From assembly GCF_009914755.1 (NCBI RefSeq), contig NC_060934.1: DNA of 64,000 bases; one strand, written 5' to 3'. Origin of the DNA: the human T2T-CHM13v2.0 reference genome, Homo sapiens. The first letter of the stretch is position 1. Every line of letters starts with the position of its first letter. The notes below the pieces were generated by a model. That model was given only the letters and a program-made list of their open reading frames with translations, made no database searches and had not been told where the DNA came from. The position numbers were made by a program, and so were the translations under genes. Of this stretch, positions 57,575-64,000 are shown piece by piece.

Positions 57575-59157
57575 TCACTCTGTGTCAGAACACTGTACTT
57601 TCTATTAGAGGACATGGCAGGGCTTATTCAGATGGTGTAGATGGGGAGATGGAGGAGGTGAGTCATGCTCTTACCATCATTACTCTCTAATGTGGCTTTG
57701 AACCTGATTCCACTTTCTGGCTTGATTCTTCTATCCATGATATCATGTAGATGGAATTTTGTAGCTCAATTTTGCCCAAATATTTTCAGGGTGATACCAT
57801 GTCTTTGAGCCCCAGGGGAAGTTTTGCACAGGAAAGGTGATTCTTGGGGTATATCATCACTAGGTTTTTGACTTGCCAATGGACTGTGGAGGCACCATTA
57901 ATTCCTGCTGATGCTGAGATCCTCACCTATGTGGTGAGGTGACAATATTTTGTTTCTTTCAAACTTTCTTCTCTGTGTCTTTCTCCTCTCAACCTACCAA
58001 GAGTAATTGAAGAGAATTACACCTGTGAAACATTTCAAGATGCTTGGAGTAAGATGGTCTTTTCAGTTTAAGACATTATTATATTCCAAACCAGATTGCT
58101 TTCTCTCTGTCATTGTGAGGTTCTTTCCTTTGCAAGTCTATCTGTACTCTGGTATAGAGAAAGGTGAGCTGAAAGAAATGGACAAAACTGTTTCATGGAC
58201 TTCTCCACATATTTATTACCCTCTCCAAATTGAATCTTGAAGCCTTGTCAGAAGTGTTATTTTCCCAACAGAGTAGGTGTTAAGTGTCTCTAGAAAATAA
58301 ACTCACCTCCTGATATCTTTCTCAAGATTATATTGTAAGGTGTGACAGGAGGTGTTGTACAGCAAGGGAAGATCATCACTTTGTAATTTGATTTGTTCAA
58401 GTTCTCTTCTTTGGCACGGGCTTTTGGATTTCCTTGTCATTTCTGGAATTATTTCTTAAATGGTGAGTATTTTTTTCATATGTGTTTTTCCCAGAGCTTA
58501 TTCCATCCAAATACTTTTTAAGTTGCATACACTCTTCTATAAATAGAGCTATGTTTTTGTAATGGAGTTTCAATAATTTGGCCAGGGAAAAGGAAAAACT
58601 GAAACAAATGGTAACAATGACTAGTTAATGATTTTTCTTTCACCTGATTTTTTATGACTTTTATATTTTCTGCTAAAAGCAGATTATTTGATAACAATAC
58701 TAAGAATACTTAGCTGTAGGTAAAAATTAATATCCATTTGACTGAATGTTTCATTTAATGACAGGGCTTGTGCTTACCACAATTATCTTAAGGAAATAAA
58801 TGTGTACAGAGACTGATGAGTAGACACACTAGACTTTATCAATGTTTATTCAAATTATTGCAGTTTAGTGATTTGGAAATCTAGAATTGAGATGCTTTAG
58901 AAATAAATCTTTGCTTATATGTAATTTCTTTAGTTCAAGGGTCGGAAAACACTTTACAAGCAATTAAACTCTAGGATTCAAATGAGGATTTCATATTGTT
59001 TATTGTTTAAATAAAGTTACAGAATTATCATTTGCTTAGGGTTTCTAGAAAATCCTTTCTTTTAGGTCTACAAATATGCATACCCAAGTTTCCTTGGATA
59101 TTTACCTCTTCCCTCAAGACATTTTCAGATTTCTTTTCTTCCCATGCCATCATATTT

Positions 59158-59461
59158 CTTTTCTTTTTTTTTTCAGATGGGGCCTGGAGTGCAGTGGTGC
59201 ACAGCTCATTGCTCCCTCGATCTCCTGGGCTCAAATGATCTTCTCACCTCAGCCTCCTAAGTAGCTGGGACTACAGGCATGCACCAAAATGTCTGGCTAA
59301 TTTTTGTATTTTTCTTTTTTTCCTCTCTCTCTTTTTTTTTTAAATAGAACCGGGGTCTCACTATGTTGCCCATGTTCATCTTGAACTCCTGGCCTCAAGC
59401 GACCCTCCTGCCTCAGCCTCCCAATGTGCTGGAATCACAGGCACGAGCTACTGCACCAGGC
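59158..59461 (-). mobile_element. AluJ, degenerate
   Basis: Reverse-complement Alu with expanded middle T/C tract; atatttctt flanking repeat. Confidence 0.9.
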
Positions 59462-59842
59462 TATTATATTTCTTGAAAAACTCTCTTTTTTACTTCCTCC
59501 TGCAACCAACTCCTCCAACCAGAGTCAGTCACTCCCTCCTTTTCTTGGCAAGATCTTGTATCCTGCCCTTGTCTCCCAGTCCTTGTGATCTTATGGTCAG
59601 GTAGAGAGGAACTTTCTCTTACTCATTGTCTTATTACTTGTATCCAAATGTTGGGCACATTCCCAGCCCTTCATAAGGATTGTTTCAATGCATGACTGAA
59701 TGAATCTGTGAGTGAATGTGATCACTGTGGAGCTGTGAAGTAGCTTGGGCCACTCCCAAATTGTGCTGGCCATGCAGTGAAAGGCATTTTCCCTGTTTTG
59801 ACGGGGCTGTTTATCTCTGCTCCTGGTTCTGCTCTCCACTAG

Positions 59843-59962
59843 GAAAAGGAGAAACTCTACATGGAACTAAAGCACGTCTTGGCCCGCCAGCCTGGACCTG
59901 AGGCTGCGGAACAGCTGAAGCTGTACCGACGCACGCTGCATGACAAGAAGCAGCAGCTGAAA
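59843..59962 (+). CDS. CFAP58: CFAP58 coding exon (probably 16), 120 nt, phase 0-0: EKEKLYMELKHVLARQPGPEAAEQLKLYRRTLHDKKQQLK
   Basis: Acceptor ttctgctctccactag, donor AAA|gtaagt. LARQPGPE motif. Overlaps ORF 59861..60103. Confidence 0.95.
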
Positions 59963-62215
59963 GTAAGTGGTAGCCCCTGTTCCTTCCGGGTTCCAGGGCA
60001 GCCACACTCTGGGGAGCACACCTGGACAAGTCCACTGACTCCACACAATGAGCCAGTCTCTCAATGCCACGATCCTCTGAGGTCAGCTCCCTTAGAGCTC
60101 TAGTCTAGGATGAGCCAGCAGACCTCAGAGCTATCCTTCTCTTCCTGGACTATTAGACAGCACCATTCTCCATTTCCAGAAAGAGGCAGGTGAGCAAGGG
60201 AGGAAAAGATGATGACAACAGAATGGAGATGTGCGGACAGGGTTTGGATGAATGATCTTGAGATGATTTATTAGAGTACTTGAAGGGCAGGGAGGAGCAA
60301 AGGAAATATTTTAACACCATTGACCAACTGAAGCAGACTGCCGTGCCACAGTGGGTCCCTGGTATTCCATCCCATCTGAAATAAACATACACAGAAGAAG
60401 TCCAGCCACTGCCCAGCCCTGAGGGCCTTGCTTCCTGACCAGCTGTCAAATATGTAACCATGAAAGGGAAATAAAATCAGGCAAGATTTTTTGATAGTGT
60501 GATTCCCTTCTAAGTCACATAAGACCCTCAGTTGCAGAGATATGGAGTGTTTTACTTTTCTATGTGCCTTTTGAAAGTTTTCTCAAAAGTTGTGCATGTT
60601 CACACTATATTTTGAGCTTCACCTTCTAAGCAAGTACTTAGCTATTCTTGGCATATCAGGGAAGTTTTACACACACAGCCACAGGATGAAGCATGTGCCA
60701 GTTGAATTCTGGCACTTCCTGCCCAATGAGGGTAATAATCGTTGACTTTCTGCCTGGGGTAAAATATATGCCACCCTACTAGTATAGCCCTAACCCCTTC
60801 AAAAATAGGACATTGTAAAACTGCATCCTTTTATTTTAAAAGGGCAAATGAAACAAGTCTAATTAGAGCATTAATTTTCAATTTGTCACTCTGAATGTTC
60901 ATTTCACTTGAGTATCTTGAGACATAATTTGAATTTTGCATAGGACGTAATCTTTTGATTATTTTGTTCCTTTAAACAATTGAATATTTTGAACAAAACA
61001 AATTATTTTCTTGTTTTCTCAGAGGTAGATATAGATTAGAAAAGCACAGAGCTGTCTTATTCACACAGAGCTCCGGGTTGCCTTCAAAGGCTCACAGGAG
61101 CCTTTTGTGAATTTAACCCTTTATCTCAGGAAATCCAGATTTTTTGCTCAAATGAAATGTGACCCCTCATGAAGAGGTTTAGAGGTGGGTGGTACTGAGC
61201 ATGTCTGCCAGTTTGTCCTTGATACTTACCTACTCTTATAGGAAATTCCACATTCATTGTTTAGAAGGAGGGTCTTTGTTTCTAAAAGTTTAACTACTGA
61301 GACAGGTTTTTTTTTTTTTTTTCCAGCATGAAAATTACGTTCTTTAGCCCATGATAACCTAATCAAAATCATTTTCACAGCAGTGAAGAAGAAAGAGTTC
61401 AGAAGCAGATGAACACTAAGAAGGCTAAGATCTCCCTTTTATGCAAATATTTAAAACAACAAGCAAGAGGAAAAATAAATCCAGCCTATTGCATGCCTGT
61501 TAGAACAATACCCTTCCTTTTCTCTTTTTGGTTTTGGTGGGGAGCACACCCCAGCTTTGGCATGCGCTATGTCCTATGCAGATGAGTGAATTCCCACTCT
61601 TCTTGTCCAGCCCAAGCCCAGCAGCAGCTACCGAACACAGCAATGGAAGGAAGCAGATAGTCAGGCTTTGAAGAGTCCCGAAGAACACAGTAAAGAGGGG
61701 ATAGGCATTCAGCAGCATCACAACCCTGGAAAACACATAAATTGAATGCTTAGTTAGCAGTGATGGCAGGATGACTTCAGAATAATTTTTTTCATAATCC
61801 TCAGATGAATCACACACTCTGGTGATGTTTTTCTTGAATATTTTCTTTTTTTTTAAGGCTTTAAAAGCAATTTTAGACTGTGTGTCTGGGAGTTTTCTGT
61901 CTCTATTCATGATATTCCTTGAAGCACATTAGACCATTCATCTGTGAGCCTGTTCGAATGTTGTCTAATAGTTCTTGTTTTAAGTGGGGGAATGATATTT
62001 TGTTTAAAGTTGCAACCTAGTGATGCATCTTCAGCCCTCAGCCAGGTTTCTACTCAGATGTGGACCCTGAGCTGGTGGAAGCATGCAGATTAATTGTGAA
62101 ACTTGGGCATTGTTTTGCACCTCTAGCTCCACTGCGGTAAATGGTAGCAGATTAAAAGATTTCTCAGAAAAGGATATTGTATCTTTTGTTAATGCTGCTT
62201 TATTTGCCATGTTAG

Positions 62216-62349
62216 GTTTTGTCTTCAGAATTGAATATGTATGAAGTACAGAGCAAAGAATATAAATATGAGGTAGAGAAACTTACCAATGAGCTCCAGA
62301 ATTTAAAGAAGAAATACCTCGCTCAGAAACGTAAAGAACAACTTCAAAA
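62216..62349 (+). CDS. CFAP58: CFAP58 coding exon (probably 17, penultimate), 134 nt, phase 0-2: VLSSELNMYEVQSKEYKYEVEKLTNELQNLKKKYLAQKRKEQLQ(K)
   Basis: Acceptor tttgccatgttag, donor AAA|gtaaga. Open frame with no stop, so at least one more exon lies beyond the window. Confidence 0.94.
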
Positions 62350-62812
62350 GTAAGAATTAGTCAAACGTCCTAATTTTGTTGTGCCTATTATCTGCACATA
62401 AGAAAATATTTGGTGAACAGTCACAGAGTTGCAAGTTTCACTGGGGTAAACTAAATCACAGGGTAAACAAATGACATTCTACAGGTCACTAAGTTTGTAT
62501 CAGAGCAAGATCAGTGTCTCATCTGATACTGAGTCCCCTCCTTGGGATTCTAACAGGGATCCATTAATATCTGCTCATTGGTGGATCTACCATGGAGCAG
62601 AGGAAATGTAATATGACTTTTCTCCCCACACTAGTCTATGGTTTGGAGATAATAATGTCATAACTATGTTTGCAAATGAGTTTCAAAATCAGCCTTGTAC
62701 AGCATATTCACATTTAAAACCACATGTGCTTTTGCTAAGGGACCAGGGCTTAGTAAAGCTGTTCTTTCTAATGATGCCCCTGTACCACTATAACTACTAG
62801 CAGTTCACCTAT

Positions 62813-62815
62813 GTT

Positions 62816-62854
<39 letters not shown>

Positions 62855-62988
62855 TTTTTGATTTTTTTTTGTAGCAACAGGGTCTTGGTATGTTGCCCAG
62901 GCTGGTCTTGAACTCCTGGCCTCAAACAGTCCTCCTGCCTCAGCCTCCCAAAATGTTGAGATTACAGGGTGAGCCATGGTGTCCTGCC
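62813..62988 (-). mobile_element. Alu left monomer (FLAM-like) with (TTTA)n tail
   Basis: (TTTA)n then gggtcttggtatgttgcccaggctggtcttgaactcctggcctcaa...gagccatgg. Confidence 0.88.
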
Positions 62989-63563
62989 TGCCTAGGTTTT
63001 TAGATAGTTATTATCTCTGAACCATCTTCTATGTCTAGTGACTGACTTCAGCATCTGCTGTGGAGGGTTGATGTGACCTATTCTTCTAGGAGATGATAAT
63101 GAAGAGGTGAGGTTAACATTTTGGTTTCAGGATGCTCCCATGTTGAAAAACAAAATTTCTCTTCACATTGTTAGTATTATTTGCCTGATCCCAGGGTGAA
63201 AATCGGGGCCCAAATGAATCAGGTTTGAAACGAACTAGTTTTGAAACTTGGTTTGGCTGCGTGACATTGCCAAAATCATCCAGTTAATCTTGTAGTGACT
63301 CACGTTATGGGCTGAAATTCATGCTTGGTACTTATCCACATGGACATTTCAGGGACATGGTGAAATATGGCTTGAGTGCATTTGCCTATGATTTGTTAGT
63401 AGCAAAGTTATATAAGGTAACTGGATGCAAATTCATTTGCCAGTAAAAGTCTGCCCTTCTTGTAAATCAGAATACTCCCCCGTTCCACATTTAGATGCCA
63501 GTTCCATGGTAGAGTAAAATACTGCTATAATTTAGATAAGTCCATCTTAATGTGTAGGTCTAC

Positions 63564-63720
63564 CAGCTATCTGTCTGGTTCGGAATCACTAGTGAGATTT
63601 ATTAAACATACAGGTTCCCAGGCCATATTTCCAGATACTTGGATTCAGCAGGCTCTGGAAACCTGCAATTTAATAAGCTTCTCAGGTGATTTTCATGCAC
63701 AGTGAAGCTTCAGAACCACT
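63564..63720. mobile_element. MER5A-like MITE
   Basis: gaatcac...caggttcccaggcc...ctgcaatttaataagcttctcaggtgattttcatgcac...agaaccact. Confidence 0.7.
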
Positions 63721-63891
63721 AATATTAACAATGTAAATTAAATGAATGCTGGAGTGGAAACACTGTATTTTTCTTTTAGGATATCAAGGTTGTGCTCATA
63801 AAATGTCAACATGGTTAATTTCCACATGAAGCAGGTGTCTAACTCAATGGTCTTCAAGCTCTTTGATTGTGCACCCTTATCAGTAAAACTC

Positions 63892-64000
63892 TTTTTTTGA
63901 GACAGAGTCTTACTGTGTCACCCAGGCTGGAGTGCAGTGGCACCATCTTGGCTCACTCTGTCTCCGGGGTTGAAGCCATTCTCATGTCTCAGCCTCCCAA
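63892..64000 (-). mobile_element. Alu, cut by the window edge
   Basis: ttttttgagacagagtcttactgtgtcacccaggctggagtgcagtgg. Confidence 0.9.

Noticed and set aside
59963-60103. Exon 16 read-through gives 46 codons plus stop, the same length as the exon 12 read-through
   Set aside because: No sequence similarity between the two, and the exon 16 donor (GTAAGT) is strong; coincidence.

Overview
Human genomic DNA. It is AT-rich, CpG-depleted and Alu/MIR/L1/L2-rich, and a human-specific AluYb8 fixes the species. The whole window lies inside one + strand gene, CFAP58 (CCDC147), a coiled-coil cilia/flagella protein. Eight GT-AG coding exons splice into one uninterrupted frame of about 381 codons: 4382-4543, 5478-5624, 11505-11645, 12825-13048, 15874-15985, 18834-18938, 59843-59962, 62216-62349. 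From memory these are exons 10-17 of 18; that numbering is used below. Neither start nor stop codon is in the window. The rest is intron, including one of 40.9 kb. The introns hold about 24 Alus, THE1/MST/MLT1/LTR33-type solo LTRs, hAT MITEs, old L1/L2/MIR fragments, a dead U13 snoRNA retrocopy and several microsatellites or tandem duplications. Nearly all ORFs in the supplied track are chance or repeat-derived. I cannot demonstrate a new biological system here. The best testable leads are RNA-processing or regulatory: an in-frame 24-nt candidate microexon, a sense THE1 LTR that could drive a truncated CFAP58 isoform, inverted Alus able to circularise stop-free exon modules, a candidate recursive splice site near the middle of the long intron, a CRE/AP-1/STAT motif cluster, and a young AluYb8. 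Repeat subfamily calls and boundaries are by eye and approximate.
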